DNA of 64,000 bases from Escherichia phage ECOP18. Positions 19,388 to 27,782 of this stretch are shown here, one piece after another. Position 1 is the first letter of the stretch, and each line of letters begins with the position of its first letter. The notes beneath the pieces were generated by a model. It did not search any database, was not told where the DNA came from, and saw nothing but the letters and a program-made list of their open reading frames with translations. The stretch is from sequence record NC_105825.1; one strand, 5' to 3'. The translations under genes were made by a program, and so were the position numbers.

Positions 19388-19655
19388 CCTCCCCACTACA
19401 ATCACGACATACATCATAATCGTTGAAAGAACGTTCGTGAGCTTCACACCACCAAGAACAAGAATCGCAGAGAAACATTTCGGTTTTCTCCAGTGCTTGA
19501 CCTAAAAGATCATCAGCTTCCTCAGCAGTAATCTTCAATCCGCACACATCTGCCACACGTTCTTTAATTAAACGACCTGCTTCATGGTAGGACATACAGG
19601 TTCCCGCAACATCATGTTCAAGAACATGAATGGCACAGTCTAGGCGATTTTTCAT
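19374..19655 (-). CDS. Cys-rich acidic protein
   Basis: 93 aa; several CxxC-like pairs; RBS in the leader. Confidence 0.5.
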   Translation of the reverse strand: MKNRLDCAIHVLEHDVAGTCMSYHEAGRLIKERVADVCGLKITAEEADDLLGQALEKTEMFLCDSCSWWCEAHERSFNDYDVCRDCSGEDEDE

Positions 19656-19695
19656 TTCAAACCTCTCTCATCAATTTATAAACATATTATAGCAA

Positions 19696-19724
19696 GAAAA
19701 GAGAGGTTTAGCAAATGAATTATT
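19696..19724 (-). promoter_or_regulatory. early sigma70-type promoter (TTGCTA-17-TATAAT)
   Basis: Same architecture. Confidence 0.6.
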
Positions 19725-19731
19725 TCAGAAT

Positions 19732-20079
19732 TTAGTCATAGCACCACCATAACCCACGCTTACGCATGTCATGATCGCGATTATAATCATAATTTTCTGG
19801 ATCTTTCATCACGCGGTGGAGTTCTTGACGATTCCCTTGACGAACCATTTTATTAGAATGCCACTTAACATTCTTACTAATAGAATTCCAGTTATAACCA
19901 TCCTTTTTCTCATTACGAATGGTTGCTTCCTTCATTTCTTTCTTGATGTCGTCCCAGGATTTGGCATAAATAACACGAATCCAGTAGCCATTTTCTTTGA
20001 AGAAAGAATATTCTTGAGAAAAGTGTTCTTTAGACTTCCACCACTGATCACCAGATTGTTTACGATAAGTACGGCTCAT
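19732..20079 (-). CDS. hypothetical protein
   Basis: ORF track 115 aa. Confidence 0.5.
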   Translation of the reverse strand: MSRTYRKQSGDQWWKSKEHFSQEYSFFKENGYWIRVIYAKSWDDIKKEMKEATIRNEKKDGYNWNSISKNVKWHSNKMVRQGNRQELHRVMKDPENYDYNRDHDMRKRGLWWCYD

Positions 20080-20200
20080 ATTACCTCCATTAAGTCTTTT
20101 AAATTAACCTAATGTGGATGAATTTTATTATACATAGATTATTTACCTATATACAGAAAAACCCCAGACTACTTATTCAATAGCTGGGGTTTGTTATTAA

Positions 20201-20515
20201 TTACAGATCGGGGCGTTCATCTTCGAAACAGCCTGAGCTGATTCCTTCTCCGAATCCTACAAAGCCATCAAATTCATCATTTGAGATGCCCATAATCATC
20301 GCTTCCATTTTCCTGATCTCCGAGGTTTTCATGCCTGCTTTACTATTCTTATAGTACTTGCGAGGGTTCCCGCACATCCAACAAGAACAGATGCAAGGAG
20401 TAGTAGTGATAATACCTAACCGCTTAGGGCTTTCTTCATGTGGAAAGACTGTCCAGTACTTCTTGCGGTTGTTCTTCACACGTTGCCGGTGATGGCGTCT
20501 TAATGCTCGATCCAC
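20201..20515 (-). CDS. basic Cys-rich protein
   Basis: 104 aa; CICSCWMCGNP cluster. Confidence 0.45.
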   Translation of the reverse strand: MDRALRRHHRQRVKNNRKKYWTVFPHEESPKRLGIITTTPCICSCWMCGNPRKYYKNSKAGMKTSEIRKMEAMIMGISNDEFDGFVGFGEGISSGCFEDERPDL

Positions 20516-20596
20516 ACATTTCTCCTAAAACTTGGGAGATAAACGGAGTTTGCTCGACTACCTTACGTAGTTCGTAGAAACCGTACCCAAACCCCA

Positions 20597-20965
20597 TTAC
20601 ATCGCCTGAGTAAATGTACGACTAATAACATCGTTCTGCTGTTCACGCGTCAGTGCGTTAAAACGTACAGCATAGCCAGAGACACGGATGGTCAACTGAG
20701 GATATTTTTCAGGATGTTTCTGCGCATCCAAAAGCTGATCACAGCTTAACACATTGACATTTAGGTGCTGACCACCTTCGATTTGAGGGGCGACTTCCAC
20801 TTTGACTTCACGGAAGGCTTCGGGATCGAATTGTGGTGTGATACCTTCTAGATCTTCAACTAGAACTTTCTGTTTAAGTTCACCGTTGTCGGAGTATAGC
20901 TGAATAATCTGATTTTCATGAACAAGGTTAATTACGCCAGATTTAAGATTTTGATATGCTTTCAT
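20597..20965 (-). CDS. grcA: autonomous glycyl-radical cofactor (GrcA/YfiD-like)
   Basis: 122 aa; C-terminus [11 protein letters not shown]...[39 protein letters not shown] closely matches the GrcA / pyruvate formate-lyase C-terminal glycyl-radical domain, including RVSGY. Confidence 0.7.
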   Translation of the reverse strand: MKAYQNLKSGVINLVHENQIIQLYSDNGELKQKVLVEDLEGITPQFDPEAFREVKVEVAPQIEGGQHLNVNVLSCDQLLDAQKHPEKYPQLTIRVSGYAVRFNALTREQQNDVISRTFTQAM

Positions 20966-21007
20966 TAGATCTCCCCGATGTTAGAATTTGGCTCAGCTAT
21001 TTATTCT

Positions 21008-21202
21008 TTATACTTTTCCATAGTATACGGAAACTGTCTTACCAGTTTGGTTCATGACATATGCTACTTCATCTTCTTTTAAAAAGATGGCTTGGTCTAC
21101 TCCAACTATAGCCAATCTTTTATTTCTAGGATTAAAGCTTACACTTTTGCCTGTATGAATCTGTTCCCCATTCTTGGCTGACATTATTTTAATTGTTAAC
21201 AT
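21008..21202 (-). CDS. hypothetical protein
   Basis: ORF track 64 aa. Confidence 0.4.
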   Translation of the reverse strand: MLTIKIMSAKNGEQIHTGKSVSFNPRNKRLAIVGVDQAIFLKEDEVAYVMNQTGKTVSVYYGKV

Positions 21203-21239
21203 AGCTGCTCCTAAAGTTAGCTATCTCTAGCTCTTTTAA

Positions 21240-21316
21240 TGGTAGTTAGTAGTGGATTTGAACCACTGTAGTCGCTCCGTATGAAGGAGGTGCATAACCA
21301 CTCTGCCAACTAACTA
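21240..21316 (-). tRNA. tRNA with CAT anticodon (Met or Ile2)
   Basis: Cloverleaf read by eye: acceptor TAGTTAG/CTAACTA, T-loop TTCAAAT, anticodon loop TTCATAC, CCA encoded. Confidence 0.55.
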
Positions 21317-21482
21317 GTTAATTCTTTATAGGTTAGATCTAGAAGATCTTTCTTACTGATAAGTCCTTCTCTATATTGGTCAATAAACATATCTATTCTA
21401 GAGTTCTCTGAGACTTCTATATCAGAAAGTTCAGCAAATATTTTTGCAAGTTTATCAATATCTTCCATACATAACCTTAATT

Positions 21483-21559
21483 TGGTACTCCGGGAGGGAT
21501 TTAAACCCCCGATCTCTCGGTTATCAGCCGAGTGCTTTAGATCGCTAAGCTACCGAAGC
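21483..21559 (-). tRNA. tRNA-Ile (GAT)
   Basis: Acceptor GCTTCGG/CCGGAGT, D-stem GCTT/AAGC, anticodon stem CTCGG/CCGAG, loop CTGATAA, CCA encoded. Confidence 0.6.
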
Positions 21560-21560
21560 A

Positions 21561-21740
21561 TTAACATTTTACAGCAGAACGTTTGCCATTTCTAGGTGCA
21601 CCTGGAAGTCGTGCACGTTCTGCCATTCTTCTCTTAATCTTTGAGATATTTTCTAGTGTTTGTTCCTCCGGCTTAATACCTGAAACACTACACCACTGAT
21701 TACCATCCCATGCGGTAATGATCATAACACCATTACTCAT
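21561..21740 (-). CDS. hypothetical protein
   Basis: ORF track frame; start uncertain (internal Met). Confidence 0.3.
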   Translation of the reverse strand: MSNGVMIITAWDGNQWCSVSGIKPEEQTLENISKIKRRMAERARLPGAPRNGKRSAVKC

Positions 21741-21766
21741 GATCTTTTCTGTAAAAGTAATCCTCA

Positions 21767-22060
21767 TTATAGCAACTCGTCTAAGCAAGAGGTATATTTA
21801 AGTTTACCATCTTTATCTACTTTGATTTCGACTTCCGCTCGTGGTACTTGATGAACTACACCATGAATCATCTTATAGCGAATGCCTTTAGCTGGTTCAT
21901 GCTCTTTTGGAAATACTTGCTTAACCGTTACTACCTTAAAACCCTCACGCGGTGTTAACACTACTACTTGATCACCTTCTTTGATCTTCCAAGAGCCAGG
22001 AAATTCATAGGTATAGCGTTGACCACCAGTTTGGAACACAACAGAAAGATAACGTTTCAT
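21767..22060 (-). CDS. hypothetical protein
   Basis: ORF track 97 aa; RBS in the leader. Confidence 0.5.
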   Translation of the reverse strand: MKRYLSVVFQTGGQRYTYEFPGSWKIKEGDQVVVLTPREGFKVVTVKQVFPKEHEPAKGIRYKMIHGVVHQVPRAEVEIKVDKDGKLKYTSCLDELL

Positions 22061-22090
22061 TTGGCTTCCCTCTCATTAATTTATATAAAT

Positions 22091-22119
22091 ATTATAACAA
22101 TAAATAAGAGAGAAAGCAA
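22091..22119 (-). promoter_or_regulatory. early sigma70-type promoter (TTGCTT-17-TATAAT)
   Basis: Same architecture. Confidence 0.6.
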
Positions 22120-22127
22120 ATGAATTT

Positions 22128-22295
22128 TTAATAAAGTTTAGTCACTTCATAAACTATACTACGAGATTCTTTATTACGTTCTATTAAATTAGAATATGCT
22201 TTTTCAGCTTCATTTTTAGTATTAAAGTCTATAACGTGGGAGGTATTCGCTCTATTTGATTGACTATACCAGATAACTACTAATAATTTAAACAT
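22128..22295 (-). CDS. hypothetical protein
   Basis: ORF track frame; start moved so it does not overlap the tRNA at 22310. Confidence 0.35.
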   Translation of the reverse strand: MFKLLVVIWYSQSNRANTSHVIDFNTKNEAEKAYSNLIERNKESRSIVYEVTKLY

Positions 22296-22309
22296 AATAG
22301 TCCTTAAGT

Positions 22310-22396
22310 TGGTGCTGGGCACAGGATTCGAACCTGTAACGGGATTACTCCTCCTGATTACAAATCAGGTGCATTCAACCATTCTGCCGACCCAGC
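22310..22396 (-). tRNA. tRNA, 87 nt with long variable arm, isotype unresolved
   Basis: Acceptor GCTGGGT/GCCCAGC, T-arm ACAGG-TTCGAAT-CCTGT, CCA encoded; anticodon loop reads TTTGTAA (UGU), which does not fit a type II scaffold. Confidence 0.45.
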
Positions 22397-22561
22397 AGAA
22401 CCCGTTATTTCAACGGGATTTCTTTTTCAATAATAGGAGACTTATCAGTCATAACCGCCATTGCCATTTGTTGTAGAAATTCAAAGGTGAAGGCTACACG
22501 TTCTTCACCAATCTCTACTTCTACACGTTTCTTTTGTTTATCGATCTTGACTTTTAGGTTA

Positions 22562-22813
22562 TCAGCCATTAGAGAGTACAGTACTGGTAGTTGGCAATAC
22601 TACAGATGAAGCAACAGTGTTTAAATGCTTTCTCCAGTCTAGGTTAAATTGTTTTCGAAACTCTTCATAAGGTTCTTCTGGATAAAAGCTAAAACCTCCT
22701 TTCTCATCATTCAGGATAACAGAGCCGTCAGTTTGTTCGTATGCTCGGTATGTTTCTCCAATAACAATAACTCGTTTTTCGGTACTTTTATTACGAAACT
22801 CAAAAACGTGCAT
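22562..22813 (-). CDS. hypothetical protein
   Basis: ORF track 83 aa. Confidence 0.45.
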   Translation of the reverse strand: MHVFEFRNKSTEKRVIVIGETYRAYEQTDGSVILNDEKGGFSFYPEEPYEEFRKQFNLDWRKHLNTVASSVVLPTTSTVLSNG

Positions 22814-22829
22814 AATGTTTCCTTAAAGT

Positions 22830-22906
22830 TGGAGCGGCTAGAGGGAATCGAACCCTACTCAGCGAGGCTTGGAAGGCCTGCGGCACAACCCGTGTGCTTA
22901 ACCGCT
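22830..22906 (-). tRNA. tRNA-Gly (TCC), tentative
   Basis: T-loop TTCGATT, anticodon loop CTTCCAA; acceptor register ambiguous by 1 nt. Confidence 0.45.
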
Positions 22907-22913
22907 TATTGTT

Positions 22914-22989
22914 TGGCTGGAGAAGGAGGAATCGAACCTACCATTAACGGAGTCAAAGGCCGTTGTGCTAACCGTTACACTACTCTCCA
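22914..22989 (-). tRNA. tRNA-Gln (TTG)
   Basis: 76 nt, standard numbering fits: acceptor TGGAGAG/TTCTCCA, D-stem GTGT/GCAC, loop CTTTGAC, T-loop TTCGATT, CCA. Confidence 0.6.
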
Positions 22990-22995
22990 ATTATT

Positions 22996-23071
22996 TGGCT
23001 GGGATGCCACGGATCGAACGTGGAACCTTCGGAGTCAGAGGCCGACGATCTGCCAATTGATCTACATCCCA
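22996..23071 (-). tRNA. tRNA-Gln (CTG)
   Basis: 76 nt: acceptor TGGGATG/CATCCCA, D-stem GATC/GATC, loop CTCTGAC, T-stem CCACG/CGTGG, CCA. Confidence 0.6.
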
Positions 23072-23083
23072 ATAATTTTTATT

Positions 23084-23278
23084 CTACGGAAAAATTGTTG
23101 TTGGCTCAGATTCTTCCAAACGTTTGCCTTCATGATCAACACGAATAACGCCGCATCCTTCGCAAATCACAACTGCACCATAACCTTCTTTGACCTCAGC
23201 TTCTGTAATCAAACCAGAAAGATCACCAGTATCTTTACCCCACATATCAATGGAGCATTGTTTGCAGAAATCAGCCAT
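23084..23278 (-). CDS. small Cys-containing protein
   Basis: ORF track 64 aa; CxxC...CxxC. Confidence 0.4.
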   Translation of the reverse strand: MADFCKQCSIDMWGKDTGDLSGLITEAEVKEGYGAVVICEGCGVIRVDHEGKRLEESEPTTIFP

Positions 23279-23303
23279 ATTTTATTTCCTATTTAAGTTA
23301 ATT

Positions 23304-23380
23304 TGGGGTGGCTAGTGAAATTCGAATCCACATAGGCCTGATTCACAATCAGGATCATTAACCAATTATGATATAGCCAC
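23304..23380 (-). tRNA. tRNA-His (GTG)
   Basis: Acceptor GTGGCTA/TAGCCAC, anticodon stem CCTGA/TCAGG, loop TTGTGAA, T-loop TTCGAAT, discriminator C, CCA; no encoded G-1. Confidence 0.6.
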
Positions 23381-23611
23381 AATTGAAAACTCGCAGGGTT
23401 AGCGAAACCTTCCTCAATTAGCATGTTCTAGAATACTAATCAAGTTATCTCCTATTGCACGCAGCTCAAGACGAGTACGAATTTTCAATTGTGGCGGCTC
23501 TCAGAAACTCTTCTACTCTAGTCTTAGCAGCTTACTCCCGAACGCATGTCGGGGAAGTCTTACTAAGCGCATCAAATAGCACCGTTACACTTTGAGCCAT
23601 TGGTGTATTAA

Positions 23612-23700
23612 GAAGCAGAAGGACTTGAACCTTCACGAGATAGACCATTTATCTCAGCCGCTTTATGAGGTATGTTGCAGGGAGTGGATGTTCCCTATAA
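23612..23700 (-). ncRNA. tRNA-like element (T-arm GAAGG-TTCAAGT-CCTTC), no clean cloverleaf found
   Basis: Strong T-arm motif but I could not pair an acceptor stem by eye. Confidence 0.25.
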
Positions 23701-23746
23701 ACCTTTTAGGCAGCCCCGTCTACCGATTCCGGCATACTTCAGGATT

Positions 23747-23841
23747 TGGAGGTAGGTAAGGGGATCGAACCCTTACACCGTATCACTACGATCAACCGAT
23801 TTCAAGTCGGAGTCCAGCGCCAGCCATTGGATTGACCTACC
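23747..23841 (-). tRNA. tRNA-Ser (TGA), type II
   Basis: About 95 nt; acceptor GGTAGGT/ACCTACC, anticodon stem CCGA/TCGG, loop CTTGAAA, long variable arm, CCA. Confidence 0.5.
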
Positions 23842-23853
23842 ATATAAATTGTT

Positions 23854-23944
23854 TGGCGGAAGAGGAGAGATTTGAACTCTCAAGCCGTTTTACCAGTCAG
23901 CCACTTTCCAAGCGGTTTTCGTCACCAATTCGATTTGCTCTTCC
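23854..23944 (-). tRNA. tRNA-Ser (GGA), type II
   Basis: 91 nt; acceptor GGAAGAG/CTCTTCC perfect, T-arm GAGAG-TTCAAAT-CTCTC, anticodon loop TTGGAAA, CCA. Confidence 0.5.
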
Positions 23945-23964
23945 AATAACAAGATGATGCCTCT

Positions 23965-24045
23965 ATCACACCAGGCAGTTACGCCTCGCTGGGATTCGAA
24001 CCCATTAAAACAGCTCAACCGAGATAGTAGGTTTAATTTACTCTG
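23965..24045 (-). ncRNA. tRNA-like fragment (T-arm TGGG-TTCGAAT-CCCA) without a pairable acceptor
   Basis: T-arm motif only. Confidence 0.25.
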
Positions 24046-24056
24046 ACCATCAAATT

Positions 24057-24133
24057 TGGTGCGTGACAAGGGATTCGAACCCTCAAAACCCGACTTCTAA
24101 GGACGGTATGTATGCCAATTCCATCAATCACGC
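24057..24133 (-). tRNA. tRNA, type I length, anticodon loop reads CTTAGAA (UAG)
   Basis: Acceptor GCGTGAT/GTCACGC, T-arm GAGGG-TTCGAAT-CCCTT, CCA; D-arm weak; a Leu-type anticodon in a short-variable-arm scaffold. Confidence 0.45.
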
Positions 24134-24138
24134 GTATT

Positions 24139-24217
24139 TGGTGGAGAATAACGGAATCGAACCGTTCTGATGTCCTCGGTGCAAGCGAGGTGTCCACTCC
24201 ATGCAGACCCATTCCCC
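24139..24217 (-). tRNA. tRNA-Ala (TGC)
   Basis: Acceptor GGGGAAT/ATTCTCC with a G3-U70 wobble, anticodon stem CCTCG/CGAGG, loop CTTGCAC, CCA. Confidence 0.6.
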
Positions 24218-24455
24218 AAATTATTTAGTTTACTAAGGCTATTAGCTCGGCGTAACTACAGCACCTTCGCTTCGAGCGGAAGGAACCGCGTCATCTCGCA
24301 AACCCGATACACTATTCAGTTGCCACTGAATCTAGTGGACTAATCTAGAACTTCTCCCGAATCGTAGGGATCGTGCTTTTTGGCAGCCAGTCCTAGGTCG
24401 AACTAATACCTTAGTGAACTATGATGAGGATTTCTCCTCATCAATTTATATAAAT

Positions 24456-24484
24456 ATTATAACAAGAAATTAAGCATTAAGCAA
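24456..24484 (-). promoter_or_regulatory. early sigma70-type promoter (TTGCTT-17-TATAAT) driving a non-coding leader and tRNAs
   Basis: Same architecture; no CDS for about 240 nt downstream on the minus strand. Confidence 0.55.
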
Positions 24485-24502
24485 CTGCGTTTTTCTTGAA
24501 AT

Positions 24503-24581
24503 TGGTAGATCGCCTGGGACTCGAACCCAGAACCTTCCGATTAAAAGTCGGATGCTACTAAACCTATTGAGCTAGCGATCT
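24503..24581 (-). tRNA. tRNA-Lys (TTT)
   Basis: Acceptor AGATCGC/GCGATCT, anticodon stem TCCGA/TCGGA, loop CTTTTAA, T-arm CTGGG-TTCGAGT-CCCAG, CCA. Confidence 0.6.
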
Positions 24582-24586
24582 ATTAG

Positions 24587-24750
24587 TAACCATTATACAC
24601 TTCTTTAATAGAGTGGACTTTTAAGTAAGGGTGATTAGTACTAAACTCTACCATTACTTCATCCCAATTTTTACCATAATGAGCGAGTAAGGATTTTGAT
24701 GTATTCTTACCTAACCGTTTGTCACTTACTACTAATCGAAATACTTTCAT
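24587..24750 (-). CDS. small hypothetical protein (54 aa)
   Basis: Hand-translated MKVFRLVVSDKRLGK...; below the ORF-track cutoff. Confidence 0.3.
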
Positions 24751-24770
24751 TTCGAAATCCTCTATTAAAA

Positions 24771-24848
24771 TGGAAGCGGGTGCAGGAATCGAACCTACCT
24801 CTTTCTAGCTTATGAGACTAGCGATCTCTACCAGAGATCTAACCCGCA
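24771..24848 (-). tRNA. tRNA with CAT anticodon (Met/fMet/Ile2)
   Basis: D-stem GATC/GATC, anticodon stem CTAGT/GCTAG, loop CTCATAA, T-loop TTCGATT, CCA; U1-U72 unpaired. Confidence 0.55.
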
Positions 24849-24854
24849 ATTGTT

Positions 24855-24930
24855 TGGTCAGTGCGGCAGGACTCGAACCTGCGACCCGAAGCATCCAAGG
24901 CTCCCACGCTACCAACTGCGCTACGCACTG
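24855..24930 (-). tRNA. tRNA-Pro (TGG)
   Basis: Acceptor CAGTGCG/CGCACTG, D-stem GCGC, anticodon stem GGAGC/GCTTC, loop CTTGGAT, CCA. Confidence 0.6.
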
Positions 24931-24939
24931 TTAATTCTT

Positions 24940-25137
24940 TTATTGTGGAGGAATATTAATAATTCGTCCGTCTACACAATAAACGGTACTAGGAATTGTA
25001 CTATATATGTAGAAATTCTTTATATTACTCTCTCCGCCACAGAAATTTTTAGCAAATTCATACTCTTTATTAATGGTTGAGTCAAGTTTAAAACAACCAG
25101 TAAGTAGGAATACAGACAGCAGTAAAACTTTTTTCAT
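24940..25137 (-). CDS. small lipoprotein
   Basis: 65 aa; signal peptide with lipobox LLTGC; RBS in the leader. Confidence 0.5.
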   Translation of the reverse strand: MKKVLLLSVFLLTGCFKLDSTINKEYEFAKNFCGGESNIKNFYIYSTIPSTVYCVDGRIINIPPQ

Positions 25138-25169
25138 TTTGCTTTCCTTCTCAACACTTTATAAGGTAT

Positions 25170-25198
25170 ATTATACAGAGAATTAAGCATAATAGCAA
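25170..25198 (-). promoter_or_regulatory. early sigma70-type promoter (TTGCTA-17-TATAAT)
   Basis: Same architecture. Confidence 0.6.
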
Positions 25199-25337
25199 AT
25201 GAATTTTTAATAAATTTACTTATTGTGTAGGCCACCTGGAGGCTACCAACCCCACGGCTGACAAAGAAGTTTGCGAGACCTCTCTTAAGTGCCAGAATAG
25301 ACCCGCCGATCTATCGGAACCTACATAATAAGTAAAC

Positions 25338-25470
25338 TTTATAGTGTCATTCTAGACAGGACTCGAACCTGTTATCACTTGTGCGGACTTACGAGAACCA
25401 TTCTTTCACTCGAATCGAACGAGCTTCTGCCCTCGCCAAGCTGGTTTCCCCATCAACCACGCTAGAATGT
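25338..25470 (-). ncRNA. roughly 130-nt tRNA-like structured RNA, unresolved
   Basis: Ends ATTCTAG...CTAGAAT pair perfectly; two T-arm-like motifs (TTCGATT and TTCGAGT) inside; no CDS. Confidence 0.3.
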
Positions 25471-25632
25471 TTGATTGTTTTCAGTGCAAGAGTCCGAGTC
25501 TTGGACACGACCGCTTCGCAAGTACATAGGCAGCTTATCATGAGTCAGCACTTCCGAATTGCTAGCTCCGTGTTCTGCACTGAAATTTTATTAGTTTAAC
25601 CGTAAAGTATTATCTACTTCACCATTAATTGT

Positions 25633-25938
25633 TCAGCATTCTTCTGGGATTGCTGGTGTAGCCTTATATTCCCACCATTCAGAACCGTCGTATTCACCAC
25701 GTTCTAACCAAGTTCCATCAGTAAACCACACGTTACCATAAAGCAATTGCCCACCGAAACCAGAATCATATTTAAAGTCTAGATTATTTAGAAAATCTTC
25801 AATATCTTTTTCTGTATAACCTACGGGTAACACCCAAACTTCTTTGTCCCCATAATAACCGAATTCTATCTTAATACACTTAACTTCAGAATTAATATTC
25901 TTTAAGGCAAGTAACAATTCTTCTTTAGCATTAATCAT
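25633..25938 (-). CDS. hypothetical protein
   Basis: ORF track 101 aa. Confidence 0.5.
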   Translation of the reverse strand: MINAKEELLLALKNINSEVKCIKIEFGYYGDKEVWVLPVGYTEKDIEDFLNNLDFKYDSGFGGQLLYGNVWFTDGTWLERGEYDGSEWWEYKATPAIPEEC

Positions 25939-25963
25939 AGCATATTTCTCGTACTAGTTTAAT

Positions 25964-26040
25964 TTGGCGCGACCGATGGGATTTGAACCCACATTCTCTC
26001 CCGTGACAGGGGAGTACCATTACCAAGCCAGCCCCGGTCG
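25964..26040 (-). tRNA. tRNA-Asp (GTC)
   Basis: Acceptor GCGACCG/CGGTCGC, anticodon stem CTCCC/GGGAG, loop CTGTCAC, T-loop TTCAAAT, CCA. Confidence 0.6.
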
Positions 26041-26050
26041 CATAATTCAT

Positions 26051-26236
26051 TTACTCAGCTTTGAGTTTTTCAATAGCTGCATTAAGTTCTTTAAGAAACT
26101 TTTTTCGTACATTAAGACGGTTGAGACTTACTAGTATATCATGTTTAAGTTCTTCGATGTATTTCTTCTCAACTTCAATATTGTTGATAGTGCTATCACG
26201 ATGAACTTCTAGCTGTGCAATTACATTCTTGGACAT
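26051..26236 (-). CDS. hypothetical coiled-coil protein
   Basis: ORF track 61 aa. Confidence 0.4.
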   Translation of the reverse strand: MSKNVIAQLEVHRDSTINNIEVEKKYIEELKHDILVSLNRLNVRKKFLKELNAAIEKLKAE

Positions 26237-26338
26237 GCTTGTTTCCTCAGTTATTAATGAAAATGGTATCTGTGACTGAATTCGATGTCAGCAATGATAG
26301 CTGGTTGGCTACCGGTTTACTTAACTCTACACAGAATT

Positions 26339-26421
26339 TGGCGGGCCGTGTAGGATTCGAACCTACGTTGTCTTTCGACATGGATTAACAGTCCACCGCC
26401 AAACCGCTTGGCTAACGACCC
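26339..26421 (-). tRNA. tRNA, type-II-like (83 nt), anticodon loop CTGTTAA (GUU)
   Basis: Acceptor GGGTCGT/ACGGCCC, 3-bp D-stem, variable-arm hairpin GTC-GAAA-GAC, T-arm GTAGG-TTCGAAT-CCTAC, CCA; Tyr-like scaffold with an Asn anticodon. Confidence 0.45.
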
Positions 26422-26573
26422 TAAATTTATATTGCTGACTAGGATTTTCACCTAGACGGAGTTAGCACCGTAGCGTGTAGCGGCATACCTCTCCAAACCG
26501 TGCCTCATCTTTCAATTACGGAGACAGTGTTCCTACGCGTGCCTGAATTGATTTAACAACTCTTTCAGCAAAT

Positions 26574-26649
26574 TGGACGACCGCATGAGATTTGAACTCA
26601 CATAAAAAGGATTTGCAATCCTTCGCCTAAGCCATTCAGCCAACGGTCG
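26574..26649 (-). tRNA. tRNA-Cys (GCA)
   Basis: Acceptor CGACCGT/GCGGTCG, anticodon stem AAGGA/TCCTT, loop TTGCAAA, T-loop TTCAAAT, CCA. Confidence 0.6.
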
Positions 26650-26697
26650 ATTTATCTTGTTCTGTCATGTTGCTTCTCCAGTTCAATTTATGTAATT

Positions 26698-26726
26698 ATT
26701 ATACAGAACTTTTGGAAACTAAGCAA
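26698..26726 (-). promoter_or_regulatory. early sigma70-type promoter (TTGCTT-17-TATAAT)
   Basis: Same architecture; precedes tRNA-Cys on the minus strand. Confidence 0.55.
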
Positions 26727-27006
26727 CTACATTTTTTAAAAATTTGATGCCTTTCTTTTTCTTCTTATATTTCCACGTTAAGGGATTCTGTCGATTATGA
26801 ACGCTTGAGATCTTTGTCTCGTCAAAGTTCTTCAATATCATGTAATCACAGGATAATTGTTCTAATGGAATGTGATCACCGTCAAAAGCGTATACATAAG
26901 GCTGTTGACTAGCACGATAATGATAGACTTTGTTAATTCTACGTTTCAGCAACTTATCCGCGCAGTAAATAAAGAAGTTTTCAGGATGCATCAGCAGCTC
27001 CCTCAA
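26719..27006 (-). CDS. hypothetical protein
   Basis: ORF track 95 aa; its 3' end overlaps the promoter footprint, so boundaries are uncertain. Confidence 0.4.
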   Translation of the reverse strand: MRELLMHPENFFIYCADKLLKRRINKVYHYRASQQPYVYAFDGDHIPLEQLSCDYMILKNFDETKISSVHNRQNPLTWKYKKKKKGIKFLKNVVA

Positions 27007-27099
27007 TTTGGTGCACCCTGTTCGTATCGAACGAACCTCTCAAGCTCTTCAGGCAAGCGCTAATCCATCTCAGCTAAAGGTGCAAATTTTGGCAAACCT

Positions 27100-27170
27100 A
27101 CTAGGACTTGAACCTAGACCGTACGGTTTTGGAGACCGACATGCTGTCCAGTAACACTCTAGGAATGCAG
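27100..27170 (-). ncRNA. tRNA-like element (T-arm CTAGG-TTCAAGT-CCTAG), acceptor not pairable
   Basis: T-arm motif and an encoded CCA but no matching 5' acceptor strand. Confidence 0.25.
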
Positions 27171-27173
27171 GAT

Positions 27174-27250
27174 TGGCGTCCTGTGCGGGGATCGAACCCA
27201 CAAATCCTACCTTGAAAGGGTAGTGACTTTACCAGTTTGTCTAACAGGAC
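27174..27250 (-). tRNA. tRNA-Glu (TTC)
   Basis: Acceptor GTCCTGT/ACAGGAC, anticodon stem CTACC/GGTAG, loop CTTTCAA, T-loop TTCGATC, CCA. Confidence 0.6.
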
Positions 27251-27257
27251 TTAAATT

Positions 27258-27348
27258 TGGTGTTGGATGATGGAGTCGAACCACCCGAGACCCTTCCGAG
27301 TCGGCAGATTTACAGTCTGCTTCGCTACCTCTACGATACTAATCCAAC
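27258..27348 (-). tRNA. tRNA-Tyr (GTA), type II
   Basis: 91 nt; anticodon arm AGCAGACTGTAAATCTGC identical to the E. coli tRNA-Tyr arm as I recall it; acceptor GTTGGAT/ATCCAAC, CCA. Confidence 0.7.
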
Positions 27349-27476
27349 ATATTTAAAAGTATTCAAATACTAGTTTAAACACTTTTAGATATGTTTCCAA
27401 ATTAGATAACTATTATATCAAGTTTTATGGCACTGAGCAAGTCAAATTTTAAAGAACTTGCTCAGTGCTGTATTAG

Positions 27477-27752
27477 TTAGTCGAACTTAGGAGCGACAGT
27501 TAAGGAGAATGGAAGTTCGAAAACTTCTTCGCCCTCATCACTAACAGTAATTACACGACCTTTAAGTTCAGACATTGAAATATCAATATCAGCTTTTGCA
27601 TCTGGAGCCATGCCAGCTTCAATACATTTAGCTTTAACTTCCGGCAGAAGTTCTACATCGTAGAAATAAAGCCATTCAATCTCACCTTCCCAGCCTTCCC
27701 AGGATTTACAGATTGCACTTTCAATACCAGTTGCTATAACACGATTTTGCAT
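27477..27752 (-). CDS. hypothetical protein
   Basis: ORF track 91 aa; RBS aaggag in the leader. Confidence 0.5.
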   Translation of the reverse strand: MQNRVIATGIESAICKSWEGWEGEIEWLYFYDVELLPEVKAKCIEAGMAPDAKADIDISMSELKGRVITVSDEGEEVFELPFSLTVAPKFD

Positions 27753-27782
27753 TCGTTAACTCCTTCATCAATTTATATAACT

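Noticed and set aside
22649-23296. 215-aa plus-strand ORF
   Set aside because: Runs across three tRNA genes and a minus-strand ORF; an artefact of the absence of stop codons.
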